A stretch of DNA of 63,340 nt, the filler included, from Octopus bimaculoides (taxonomy: Eukaryota): the NCBI RefSeq assembly GCF_001194135.2. It is 9 parts of 9 records of this genome, joined end to end, with 100 filler letters (N's around TTAATTAATTAA, not from the genome) between each part and the next. Parts side by side here need not be neighbours in the genome. Positions count along the whole stretch, not along the records: positions 22,256 to 44,577 come from NC_068987.1; 8 more parts are not named here. One strand, written 5' to 3'. Shown in pieces: positions 24,680-36,672 of the stretch (positions are counted from its first letter, which is position 1; the number at the start of each line of letters is the position of its first letter). The notes beneath the pieces were generated by a model. That model made no database searches and had not been told where the DNA came from. It saw nothing but the letters and a program-made list of their open reading frames with translations. The position numbers and the translations under genes were made by a program.

Positions 24680-24810
24680 TGCATTATTGTTACTTCTGCC
24701 TCATAAAAGTCACCAAGAGCCCACTCCCAGTTGTTATTGTCAAGACCCTGATGCTTGCCCACTTGACCAGGCATGTATGATAAACTCCATCACATACAAG
24801 ATGTTACAAG
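24680..24810 (+). mobile_element. Penelope-like element fragment (RT-endonuclease linker Cys motif)
   Basis: SCYCQDPDACPLDQACMINSITYK has C-x-C-x5-C-x5-C, homologous to YNCKDGTSCPLEGKCLEKGIVYRA at about 57640-57710. Confidence 0.7.
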
Positions 24811-25039
24811 ATGAAAACATACATCAAATGATGAGGATGTATATAATATACATATACATAATAGATGAGGAGGTACTCAAATGTAACTGGAAATGTTCTC
24901 TGTGAGAAAAGCCTGTTGTAGTTCAGGCTTCCACCTCTAGAAGTCACTTGATGTGACCCTCAGGCATCAGTCTACTGACCAGCATTGTCAGGCATAGTCA
25001 TACTGCAACATGGTGCATCTTTGTTTTGCAGTTCTTCTC

Positions 25040-25580
25040 CAGTGTTCATTGATTTTTGTGATGGATGAAATGAAGGAACAGCATGCTTCCATAAAATTCT
25101 CTTTTCTGTTGGGGAAAAACTGCAGTTGAAACAGTTGTCATGCTTCAAATAACTTACAAGGATGCTGCCATGAGCAAAACAAGTTTATGAGTGGTTTTTC
25201 ACGTTTTAGGAATGGTGACTTGTCGCTTGAAGACCAATCTCATTCAGAACAACCATCAACACACTGCGCAAATGGAAACATCACATAAATACATGAACTG
25301 AACCTGGTGGACTGTCACAGAACAATTGACAAACTTGTTGATATGATTTGTGTTTCCAGGTGTTCCTACCAACAAATTTTGAGTGAAGACTTGCAGCAAA
25401 ATTTGTGCGTTGCTTGCTCACGGAAGATCAGAAGCATTCAAGACTGAATGCATGACCCCATTTATCCACCCTCCCTATTCAGCTGATCTTGCTCCTTGCA
25501 GCTCTACCAAACAAAAAAATGTTCTTAAAGGAAAATGCTTTGCAGATGTAGAAGAGGTGAAGAAAAGAACTTGCAAAGTT
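25040..25580 (+). mobile_element. Internally deleted mariner transposon
   Basis: MKEQHASIKFSFLLGK..ETVVMLQITYKDAAMSKT..EWFSRFRNGDLSLED (HTH) and HPPYSADLAPC...LKGKCFADVEEVK (YSPDLAP motif). Confidence 0.8.
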
Positions 25581-25704
25581 CCAGTTTCTTTTGTGTAACC
25601 TCTTATACATGTATATAATATATATATATAATATACATGATATAATTTATATATACATACCCATCTAGCTAGGTAGCTATATATATATATATATATATAT
25701 ATAT

Positions 25705-25751
<47 letters not shown>

Positions 25752-26589
25752 GAGGGAGAGAGAGGGAGAGAGAGAGAATATTTTATTGTAACTGAAAAGG
25801 CTTCATAAACTCTCATAATACCACAGTAGTATTCAAAATACTCATGACTAATGATCAGTTACATGAAACAGTAAGTAACAATTTGTGAAAAACACTCCAC
25901 CATATTGCATCACTAACCATAACGCATCACTATCTTCACTGCTGACATCACATTATCATCACCACCACAAAACATCACCATCTTAATCGTCACCACTATC
26001 ATCATTAACATTTCTTTACTCACATAGGCATTGCCAGATATTACTACTGCTTTAATCCTCTCCCTGTGCTTGACTCTCTAATCCATGCTACCATATGGAT
26101 AATACTGCTACTGCCTGCAGCAAGTTTTTAAAGTTATTTACTAGTTATGTGTGTCTACAAATACAATATTCATACCTTTCCCCCTTACTCATAGCTTAGT
26201 TAGTAATTTTAACAAAACTGATATATAATTAAATTGTTACGCCTTCAATCCATCTTGATATATTCTGTGTGAATATGGTATGCATGTGTTAGTATTGTGT
26301 GTGTGTGTGTGTGTGTGTGTGTGAGTATTGCATGCCTGTGTGTGCATGGCATGTGCTTGGTATGTGCATGAGAATATTTTGTGGGTATATGTGTATATGG
26401 GTGTTTATATATGTACATGTGTGTATGTATGTATGTGTATATGTATGTATATGTGTGTATGTGTATATATATATGTATGCATGTATATGTATGTATGTGT
26501 GTATATATGTATGTATACACATATATATATTTGTATGTATATATTTGTATGTATATCATACTTGGCTGTGTGTATATATATATGAATGA

Positions 26590-27590
26590 AGAGAATGAGT
26601 AGGATCAGAAGGTGGAAGCTGCTGTGGTGAAGGGGCCAGTGGAGAAGGTTAGTTGGGAAGAAGTAGTGAAGGCAATGAAGGAAAGGAAAATAGGAAAGGC
26701 AGCTGGTCCATTAGAAGTAAGGAGATAGGGATTGCTGTGATGATGGAGCTCTGCCAGGGCGTGCTGGATGGAAGTGGATTGCCAGATGATTGGGCACTAA
26801 GTGTGGTGGTACTGATCTTCAAGGGGTGTGATGAGTTGTGGGGCATATAGAGGAGTGAAGTTATTGGAGCATGCATGTTATTGGAGGAAAATGTAGAAAA
26901 TGGATTCATGGTAGATGTACAAAAATGAAGAAGGTGACTCCAAGAATGGTAATAGATTTTATTTGTGGAAGATGTGAAAAAGGAGCTGGAGGGCAGGTGG
27001 AACCAGTGGAAACGCTAAGTGACGAGGTGGAAATGGTGAGAGGGTTTTGTTATTTGGGAGATAGGGTGGATGTAAGTGGTGGATGTGAAACAACTGTGAC
27101 AACAAGAGTGAGACTTGGCTGGGTAAGGTTCAGGAAATGTGGAACATTATTATATGGGAAAAGGTTCTCCTTGAAAGGAAGGGTTTATTAGAGTTGCATG
27201 AGATCTGCAATGCTGTATGGCAATTTTGAGAAGGACCAAGAGAGCAATGTGTGGTGTGAAACTATTGGGTAAAACGAGGACTGAGGACTTGATGGAGATG
27301 CTAGGGTTGGAGGAAGCAGTGGAACAGCTAGCAAGGGCGAATGAAGTGTGGGGTATGAACATGTATTGAGGAGGGATGAGGATCATGTTCTGAGGAGATT
27401 GTTTGAGTTTAAAGTGAATGAACTGTGAAAGCAAGGTCAACCAAAGAAAATGTGGTGGAAGATATTGGGAGGTTTGGCTTGAGGAGGGAGGATGCCCCAA
27501 ACCAGGCAAAATGGTGTGAGAGTGGTTGCTGTAGGAGTGAAGTAGATCTGGCCAACCCTGTTAACGGGGACAAACCCGGATTTTAAAATA
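26590..27590 (+). mobile_element. Internally deleted RTE LINE
   Basis: GPVEKVSWEEVVKAMKERKIGKAAGP...; GFCYLGDRVDVSGGCETTVTTRVRLGWVRFRKCGTLLYGKRFSLK. Confidence 0.85.
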
Positions 27591-27644
27591 TTGGACATCG
27601 ATGTTATTTACATTTGACAGATATTTGTTCTCATCTTTGTTGTT

Positions 27645-27691
27645 AACACAATGTTTCAGTTGATATACCCCTCCAGCCTTCATCAGGTGTT
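27645..27691 (-). ncRNA. Hammerhead-like motif family B, copy 3 (repeat spans about 27597-27720)
   Basis: Minus: AACAC CUGAUGA a GGCUG...CAACU GAAA CAUU GUGUU; perfect 5 bp stem I. Confidence 0.6.
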
Positions 27692-28867
27692 TTGGAGAAA
27701 TTTCGAACCAGGGTTCTTAAATATGGAACTGTATTGAATATCCAGTATATCATACTTTGCTGTGTGTATATATATATATATGAATGTATATCATACTTTG
27801 CTATGATCTTCACTAAAAGTCTCAAGTCCCTTACCGCTATCTCTCTATCTCGTGTGTAGCCATTACTTGTTCGTGATATGCTCCACTTCTGTACCAGAAG
27901 ATTTGCATACCCCCATCCCCCAACCCACTTACCTTTTCTTGTCTTTACATAATGGACTAACCAAGAGCTGCTCATTTATTTAACATATACACTGACCTAC
28001 TATATTTGCAACAGTAACGTTTATATTTACAACGCTTATAACACTGAGATTTACAGTGCTTACATTCCAATCGCTCCACTCAATAGGGGCAACAATTTTA
28101 ACTTGTTTGAATGATGGTAGGTGAAAGTGTGTATATATGTATATATATATGTGTATGTGTGTATATATATATATATATATAATGCGAGAGAGTTAGGGGT
28201 TGAGGGTTCAACCCACTAAGGGATAGTATCTATCCAATATACTGCAGTTTCAAACAATAGTTGTCCAATTGGAAGGGTGGAAGTTAACGGTAGTAATTAA
28301 CCCTTCCCCATTAGCAGTAGAATGTTCGAACCGTTGGAAGAAGCAACAGGATATCCTACACCGCAAAGTTTGAAAGTTTGGCATATTATTATTGTTGTTG
28401 TTGTTGTCATCATCATCGTCATCATCACTGCTATTGCTACTAGAACATTAATAACTCGTGTAAAATGAACTTCCACATAAACCTTTCCAAAATATATAGA
28501 AATGACACACATACACTCAGCAAAACTTCCTTTTTAAAAAACACTTACAGCTTTCTAAATACGGCAGATAGCGCTGATGCCACAGACCGCGTATGTGGTG
28601 GAATTTATTTATAATGTTTGTAGGCTCTTTGTGTGCCTTATATTTTTAGGTTTTTTTATATATTTTTACATTTCCCATATGCTATATTTTCATTTTTCAT
28701 TTATGTATTCTTTATTATTATTTTTTTTTTCCTGCTGTACCCTTATTTTAATTTTAATTGCATTTTTTATTTTTATTTTTATCTTATTTTTGCTATTGGT
28801 TTTGTTCTTGTCTCTACTCCACCTCTGTTTTTACCTCTTGCTCTATATTTGTATGAAACCCTTTGTG

Positions 28868-28996
28868 AATCTCTGAAGAGGCCAAGCGGTTTGGGCATGT
28901 AACCCCATTTCAACATTTCATCCGAAAATCACACCGGCAAGAACTATTCAGATAGAATGGGGCATGCCAAAGCTAGGCCAAAACAGCTGTAAGATT
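28868..28996 (+). ncRNA. Hammerhead ribozyme relic (family D) with a long stem II insertion; G12A
   Basis: Stem I AAUCU/AGAUU; CUGAAGA (28873-79); GGCCaAGC...GCUaGGCC; AAAA in place of GAAA; palindromic stem III ACAGCUGU; GUA triplet. Confidence 0.65.
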
Positions 28997-29269
28997 AAAC
29001 TTCTGTTCATTCTCTAATTCCTTATGTACTTTGTACTTCTATCTGTAAACCCGGTTGGCAAAATAACATGGTTTGTCATAAACACCTGTACTTTGTGGGG
29101 CTTTTGTTTGCCACTCTAGCTATGAATTAAATTAATGAATTCAATGGGATACACTGTCTGCAAGTANNNNNNNNNNNNNNNNNNNNNNNNNNNNNNNNNN
29201 NNNNNNNNNNNNNNNNNNNNNNNNNNNNNNNNNNNNNNNNNNNNNNNNNNNNNNNNNNNNNNNNNNCTG

Positions 29270-29475
29270 AATTGGGCAGGGGACGTATGGCTCGTGGTCC
29301 CAGCCTTGGATGAACTAATGTTCATTGAAACTAATGTTCAGGTTTGTTTGGGCAATGCTGGCGGTATATTTTCCACATCGTACAAATGATGTAGCGCTCG
29401 CGGCGGCGCTGGAGAGAGTAGAGCTTCAAGGCTTTAAGGCGGTCCCAGTAATCAACATCAGTCATGCCTTCAACT
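29270..29475 (-). mobile_element. CR1/L2-group LINE C-terminal fragment
   Basis: VEGMTDVDYWDRLKALKLYSLQRRRERYIICTMWKIY. Confidence 0.85.
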
Positions 29476-29490
29476 CGGAGTTTCACGTTC

Positions 29491-29524
29491 CTGATGAACA
29501 GGAACGTGAAACTCCAAGTAACAG
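29491..29524 (+). ncRNA. Hammerhead core family C, copy 1 (5' strand of stem I lost to inversion)
   Basis: CUGAUGA ACA-GGAA-CGU GAAA CUCCAAG UA ACAG, followed by the family tail gttatatttctgctg.ttttaaataaagc also seen at 36568 and 58604. Confidence 0.6.
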
Positions 29525-30166
29525 TCTTTTGTTATATTTCTGCTGATTTTAAATAAAGCAATCGTGTGGGTGTTAATCTGAAAAATTACCGAAATGTGAA
29601 AACTACCAACCTTGCCATCTGTTATAACTTCTGTTGTTCTGTTTAATATGTACATAGATTATGCCTCCAAAGAGGAGAGCTTGCTGGGGAAAGAAAGCAA
29701 CGGGTTTAAAAAGACAGCAACAGACTGCAGCAATTCACCACATTCCAAAAGCTACTTTGAACATAATGCAAAATGGTGCATCAACATCTACTGCCCAATC
29801 TGATAGAATTCTGGCAGAACTGTAGCAACAGATCTCCAGCAACTGCTTCATCAGAAATTGCCGTCCTACTTCCTGCGAAAAGGAATTACCCTGCTATGTA
29901 TAATCAAGGCAGCGCAAAAAGTTGTTTTGCACAAGCATTTGTATAGCTAATTAGACAGATGAAATTTACGTACGCTAAATAATGTTACGCAAAACTACCT
30001 TCAGACTTTCCCTATTAATTTCATCGTCTTTTGAATTATGAACATATTTACATCATAAGGGTTTTTTCGTTGTAAGGCTTTCTTTTTTAGTTGATTTTCA
30101 CCTAGCAAGACTTATCGTAGATGGCGTAATAAGTCACACCCGGACAACATCGGGTTATACTGCTTG

Positions 30167-30211
<45 letters not shown>

Positions 30212-30239
30212 AAAAATATATATATATATAGTAGACAGT

Positions 30240-32405
30240 GCTATAAAAGCAAGGAGACACGCCTGGAAAAACTGTAGAAGCAGAGAAGTATAGCAGGTAG
30301 CCAAAAGGGCAGCTAGGTGTCAGGTTTACATAGCAAAAAGAATAGCTTTGCAAATGGTCTATAGTTTGAAGATTAGAGGTGTAAGGTGTTCAGGATTGCA
30401 AAGTAGTATGTCAGAGAGAATAGAGATGTGGTGGGTGAGAAATGTGTGCAAATGGGTAATAGTATGCATGCACTTAGTGACTCAGAGGAGAAAGATGCAT
30501 GGAAGTGTCACTATGAAAGGTTACTAAATGTGGAAAATGAATGGGAGAAGGAGAGTCAGCCAAATATTGAACCAACTGAGGAACCAGCCATCTTAGTTGA
30601 TAGCAGCATAATAGATAAGAGCTTTCCCTCTCTTCATATCCTTAATTGTAAGGATATGAAGATAGGGAAAGCCCCTGAGCCATTAGGAATCACTGCTGAG
30701 ATGATTAAAGTTTCTGATGGTGTAGGATACAGCTTAGTCATCAGGTCATTCAGGAAAGAACTATCTCCAATGACTGGTGTAGTAGTATCATATTTAGCTG
30801 CTACAAAGGTAAAATGGATGCCTTAAATAGAAACAACTACAGAGGTATTAAACTGCTAAACCAAGTCATGAAAGTTACTGAGAGGGTTATAGCTCAATTG
30901 ATTAGGGATAGAATTTAACTAGATGAGATAGTTTGGTTTTGTACCTGGGAAGAGTACCACAGATGCCATCTTCCTAGTGAGACAACTGCAGGAAATGTAT
31001 TTGGTCAAAAGTAAAGCCATTGTACTTAGCCTTTGTTGACCTGGAGAAAACTTTCGACAGAGTTCTCCGCTCTGCTTTATGGTGGTGTCTAAGGAAGTTA
31101 GGAATAGGGGAGTGGCTTGTTAGAGCTGTACAAGCCATGTACAGTGGTACTGTCAGTAAGGTAAGAGTCAACTATGAATACAGTGATGAATTTAGCATAC
31201 AAGTAGGGGTTTACCAGGGCTCAGTTCTCAGCCCACTCTTATTCATTATAGTCCTCCAGGCCATAATAGAGGAAATCAAAACTGGATACCTGTGGGAACT
31301 GCTACATGCTGATGACCTTGCTCTTATTGCAGAATCTTTAGCAGAATTGTAGAAGAAATTCCAGATATGGGAACAAAACCTGGAATCAAAGAACCTTAAA
31401 GTTAACCTAGCAAAGACCAAAGTTGTTAGTAAGAAAGAAGATAAAACTTTCTTTCCATCAGGTAAATGGCCCTGCTCAATATGCAGGAAAGGAGTTGGAA
31501 GAAATTCCATTTGCTGCACCCAGTGTAAACTATGGACACATAAGAGGTGCAGTGAAATCACAAGTAGATTAACAAACAAAGTCGTCTTTTATATGTGGCA
31601 GATGTACAGGAACAATAAGCACCAAGAGCACACGGGACTTAGATTCTCTCAAATGCTCAGGAGGTTCTCTTGAGGTTGTAGATAGTTTCTGTTACCGAGC
31701 TGACCAAATTAGCAACGGTGGAGGATGCTCTGAAAGTATTGTTTCTACAATAAGAATAGGGTGGGGGAAGTTCAGAGAGCTATTACCTCTGTTGGCAATA
31801 AAAGGACTCTCTCTCAGAGTGAAAGGTAGACTGTATGATGTTTGTGCGCAGACAGCTATACTCCATGGTAGTGTGACATGGGCTCTGAATACAGAAGACA
31901 TGTGTAGACTGGAGAGAAATGAAGGCAGTATGCTCCATTGGATGTGCAACATCAGTGTGCATGTACGACAAAGTGCAAATGTATTAAGAGAAAAGTTGGG
32001 AATAAGAGGAATCAAATGTAGCATGCAAGAGAGAAGACTATGTTTGTTTGGACATGTGATGCATATGAAAGAGGACAGCTGCATAAAGAAGTGCCGATCA
32101 CTGAAAATGGATGGTACCCGCAGAAGAGGGAGACCCAGGAAGATATGAGATGAAGTGGTAAGGACCGATCTCAGGATGTTGGGCCTCTCAGAGGAAATGA
32201 CAATGGACCGAGATGTCTGACGATATGAGGTTCTTGAGAAGACCCACCCACCTCAGCAAAACTGAGTTCTAGAAGCGCTGTGTTGCATCTACACATAACA
32301 AGAAAACTTCTCACACCCTACCACAACAAACCAAACTACATCACTGCATCTCTTCTTTTCCTCACATTTCTTCCTCCATGCACTATGCCTACCTCCCACT
32401 CCCCA
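30240..32405 (+). mobile_element. RTE LINE, large decayed RT ORF fragment with PHD-like finger and 3' UTR
   Basis: NYRGIKLLNQVMKV..., LAFVDLEKTFDRV, GVYQGSVLSPLLF, LLHADDLALIAE, CLFGHVMHMKED; stops and frameshifts present. Confidence 0.92.
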
Positions 32406-32791
32406 TAGTGCATGAAGGAGGAAATGTGAGAAAGAGAAGAGATGTAGATTGGTTTGTTGGGGTAGGATGTGTGAAAAGTTTTCTTGTTACATGTGGGTGG
32501 AACACACAGGTCAGTGGGGCTATCGGATTGCAATGATACAGTGAGACAAAGCCAAGAAGACAGGATTGGGGAGTGGGAGGTAGGCATAGTGCATGGAGGA
32601 AGAAATGTGAGGAAAAGAAGAGATGCAGTGATGTAGCTTGGTTTGTTGTGGTAGGGTGTGAGAAGTTTTCTTGTTATGTGTAGATGCAACACAGCGCTTC
32701 TAGAACTCAGTTTTGCTGAGGTGGGTGGGTCTTCTCAAGAACCTCATATCGTCAGACATCTCGGTCCATTGTCATTTCCTCTGAGAGGCCC
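32181..32791. repeat. 225 bp near-perfect inverted repeat (32181-32405 / 32567-32791)
   Basis: Direct reverse-complement comparison; one mismatch seen. Confidence 0.9.
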
Positions 32792-33490
32792 ACTGACCTG
32801 TGTGTTCCATCCACATGTAACAAGAAAACTTTTCACACATCCTACCCTAACAAACCAATCTACATCTCTTCTCTTCCTCACATTTCCTTCTTCATGCACT
32901 ATGCCTACCTCCCACTCCCCAATCCTGTCCTCTTGGCTTTGTATCACTGTATCACTGCAATCCACTAGCCCCACTGACCTGTGTGTTCCACCCACATGTA
33001 CCAAGAAAACTTTTCACACATCCTACCCCAACAAACCAATCTACATCTCTTCTCTTCCTCACATTTCCTCCTTCATGCACTATGCCTACCTCCCACTCCC
33101 CAATCCTGTCCTCTTGGCTTTGTCTCACTGTATCATTGCAATCCGCTAGCCCCACTGACCTGTGTGTTCCACCCACATGTAACAAGAAAACTTTTCACAC
33201 ATCCTACCCCAACAAACCAATCTACATCTCTTCTCTTNNNNNNNNNNNNNNNNNNNNNNNNNNNNNNNNNNNNNNNNNNNNNNNNNNNGTATCACTGCAA
33301 TCCACTAGCCCCACTGACCTGTGTGTTCCACCCACATGTAACAAGAAAACTTTTCACACATCCTACCCCAACAAACCAATCTACATCTCTTCTCTTTCTC
33401 ACATTTCCTCCTTCATGCACTATGCCTACCTCCCACTCCCCAATCCTGTCCTCATGGCCCTGTTTCTCTGTATCATTGTTATCCGGTAGC
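32792..33490 (+). repeat. 181 bp tandem repeat derived from the RTE 3' UTR (at least 4 units, one interrupted by a gap)
   Basis: Unit start actgacctgtgtgttcca at 32792, 32973, 33154 and 33313. Confidence 0.9.
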
Positions 33491-33964
33491 CACCCCCTCC
33501 TCCCACCAGTCTATTTACCCAGGTTTTCACCACTCACTTCCCCTCCTCTCTAATCATGCATTTTTGGCACTATCCTGTCACTTATATTATGGCTTTCAAA
33601 CCTCAAGGGTAGCCCTGGCACTTGCCACCATCTATATCTCTCTCTGCCTTTACTCAACCATCCTATTTATATTCTGATTCGTGCCCATTGTGAATATGCC
33701 CAGCACTTAGCCACCATCTCTATCCTGCTGTCTCCCACTCTCTCTCTCTCGCCTGCATATCCCTCACGTTGGGTAACCACGTATCTCCTTTGCAGCAACA
33801 CACCTGTTTCTGTCCTCATTCCTGATCTCTCTCTCATTCCCAACTGGGTAACCTTGTACCTCCTCTACAGCAAAACACCTGTTTCTGTCTCTGTCTCACT
33901 ATAACCTTTCATCATCTGACATAAGATCTCTCCTCTCCTCTCAAAAGATTTTGTCTTGCAAGTT

Positions 33965-34245
33965 ACTTTATGACCCTGCCAGTGCAGGTGCCACTTAAAA
34001 AGTATCCAGTCCACATTGTAAAGTGGTTGGCCTTTGGAAGGGCATCCAGCTGTAAAAACCTTGCCAAAACTGACCTTACCTGTGCTTGTGCCACGTCAAA
34101 AGCACCAAGTCCACTCTGCTGGGTGGTTGGTGTTAGGAAGGGCATCCAGCTGTAAAAATCCTGCCAAAGCAATCACAGAATTTTGGTGTAGGCTTCTGTT
34201 TGGCCAGTTCCTGTCAAACCGTCCCACACATGCCAGCATAGTAGG
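33965..34245 (+). mobile_element. SINE family B with duplicated core
   Basis: gtggttgg....ggaagggcatccagctgtaaaa occurs twice (about 34022 and 34122). Confidence 0.65.
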
Positions 34246-34461
34246 TGGATTTTACTGCTGGCCTTGTACTTTCTAACTTTAGTACAAGGCCAGCAATTTT
34301 TTAGAAGAGGGTAAATTTGATTAAATCAACCCCAGTGCCCAACTGGTACTTATTTTAGTGTTCACTAAAGGATGAATGGCAAAGTTAACCTCAGCAGCAT
34401 TTGAATTAGCTGCTAAGCATTTTGTACAAGCTAACAATTCTTCCAGCTCATAGTTATGCAG

Positions 34462-34509
<48 letters not shown>

Positions 34510-36595
34510 GTGTGGCTCTGTGGTTAAGAGACTTGCTTCCCAACCGTGTAGTCTTGGGTTCAGCTCCACAGTACTGTACCTTGGACAAATGTGTTCTACT
34601 ACAGCCCAGGCCAACCATAAACTCTGTGAGAGTATTTGGTAGATGGAAACTGAAAGCTCATCATGTGTATGTGTGTGTCCGTGTTTCTCATCTTCGGTGA
34701 AAACATGTCTAGCTCTAGGAAATATTTTGCTTGGCAACAGAAAGAGCTGGTTATAGAAAATCTGTCTGATCAAATTCTACCTGACCCATGCAAGTATAGA
34801 AAAGTAGACGTTAAATGATGATGACGTTTATGATTAGAAGCAGCTGAGTGAAACATCTTAATGTCCCACAAGATTCTTGTGAATATTTTAAGTATTCCTG
34901 GTGTGGTAGAGTGCAGGTTCATTCTTGCCACCTGTTTAATTCACATAGTCATAGCACCGATTGCCTGTTGCATCGTCGACCACTTACAGTGACGAAATAT
35001 CTCGCTTCGCTGAACTAAACTTGTACTACCAAGGGTTCATGTGTGTCGTCAGCTACGACTACACCTTTTTCATAGCACTATTTAGTGTAGTTAAACCATT
35101 ATATATATATATATGTAAAAAAGTAGTTGTTGAGAACTGAAGACTGAAACGCTATAAAGCAGCCTCATATTTATTTCTTATATTTAATCTTTTTTTTTTT
35201 TTTACATATTAAACACAAGTGTGTGCGCGCATATATATATATGCCATACACACACACACATGTGTATGCTTTCATGGCGAGGTCTTTGCCCAATCTTCGA
35301 ATGTGTGTATAAATGTATACTTTCAGGAGCGTCAAACTAATACACTTGTTTGTTGTTCATACACCTGTCTTCATCTTTTGTTTTTCTGTAAATTTCAAAT
35401 ATATATATATTATATACATGACGGAGGTAAAGATCATGGACCGCACCCCCTTACATATGTCTTATATAATAAAAAGTTTAATATTTCGGGTTTACAACTA
35501 TCCAACACCTACAAATTGCATACTGACTTCGTCTTCAGAGAACGGTATCGCTGTAACGATTATGTCTTTACCAAGGCGTCAGCGGAAATTGCGAAATAAA
35601 ACAACTAGAACCGAAAACCGAAATCGAGTCGCAGATTCGATCTGCCGAAGCTCTTGTGCAGTTTGCTATATGTACGCACACATCTTATGTATCTGTACTC
35701 GATAATCTATATTACTGTCAATGTTGTTGTTCAACCCTAGTTCAGTCGTATGATCATAAATGTAATTTTGTATGCCAAGGACTATATTATCTGATGTGTC
35801 TTTCCGTTTTAACACTACAGAGTGATTTTACGACAATTTTAGCTACGATTTCTAGCAGGTTGAAGTACCAACCGTATAAAAACTCCTTTGCTGGTCGACA
35901 TTATTTAGTACCAGGCCAGCGTTGATAAAATAGACCTATGATCAAAGACTTTTCTAGCCATATTAACGTTTTTCTTCAGGAATAAGGCACTCCTGACATT
36001 ATTCAATGTGCTATTTTTGTTTTTGTGAACTGTAGAATGTCATTTGGCTACTAATTCTGGAGGGTCTAGTAACCAGACAGATGATTCATGATGGACTCGA
36101 GTTAGTCAATGAACATAATGTTGGTGTTAACTGTATAATTTTATACTGCATGCTAACAAGTGCTATTTTTTCTTTCCTATTGCTGCACATGTCCGAATAT
36201 TCAAAGAACGATGTGTAATACATACACACACACATACACCATTTACACTATGTAAATCAGGTCTGTATTGCATCACACACCCATTATGATATTCATAAGA
36301 GACAGATTTGTAGCTAATTATACGTCCATTACAAGTGGATATTTACGTGTTAACATTAATAGACATTGAGCTGTGTACGTGAGTGTATATGTGTGCGTAT
36401 GTGTATATCTATCTATCTATCTATCTGCGTATGTGTGTATGCTTATATAGAGGTGTTGAGATTGTTTAGACAAACTTGAAATGTGCTGTATTTTATATAG
36501 TACACACAAACCATGTTACACACACATACACGTCTAAGTTTGTGTATGTATATATATCTATATCTTTTGTTATATTTCTGCTGCTTTTAAATAAA

Positions 36596-36672
<77 letters not shown>

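Noticed and set aside
24732-24776. Selenocysteine recoding in the PLE Cys motif, as reported for some Naiad elements
   Set aside because: The Cys codons here are TGT/TGC, with no in-frame TGA at these positions.
27933-27975. Strong minus-strand donor AAG|GTAAGT with a short open frame
   Set aside because: No convincing acceptor and no recognisable peptide.
29690-29890. Possible APE endonuclease relic (FEHNAKW...ILAEL*QISSNCF..RPT)
   Set aside because: The similarity is too weak and frameshifted to support by eye.
32792-33490. Regularly spaced repeats as a possible CRISPR array
   Set aside because: They are head-to-tail 181 bp units with no unique spacers and no cas genes, in a eukaryotic context.
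35125-35170. GUUGUU..CUGAAGA CU GAAAC GCUAUA AGCAGC
   Set aside because: Stem I-like pairing is present but stem II is missing. Too degraded to call.
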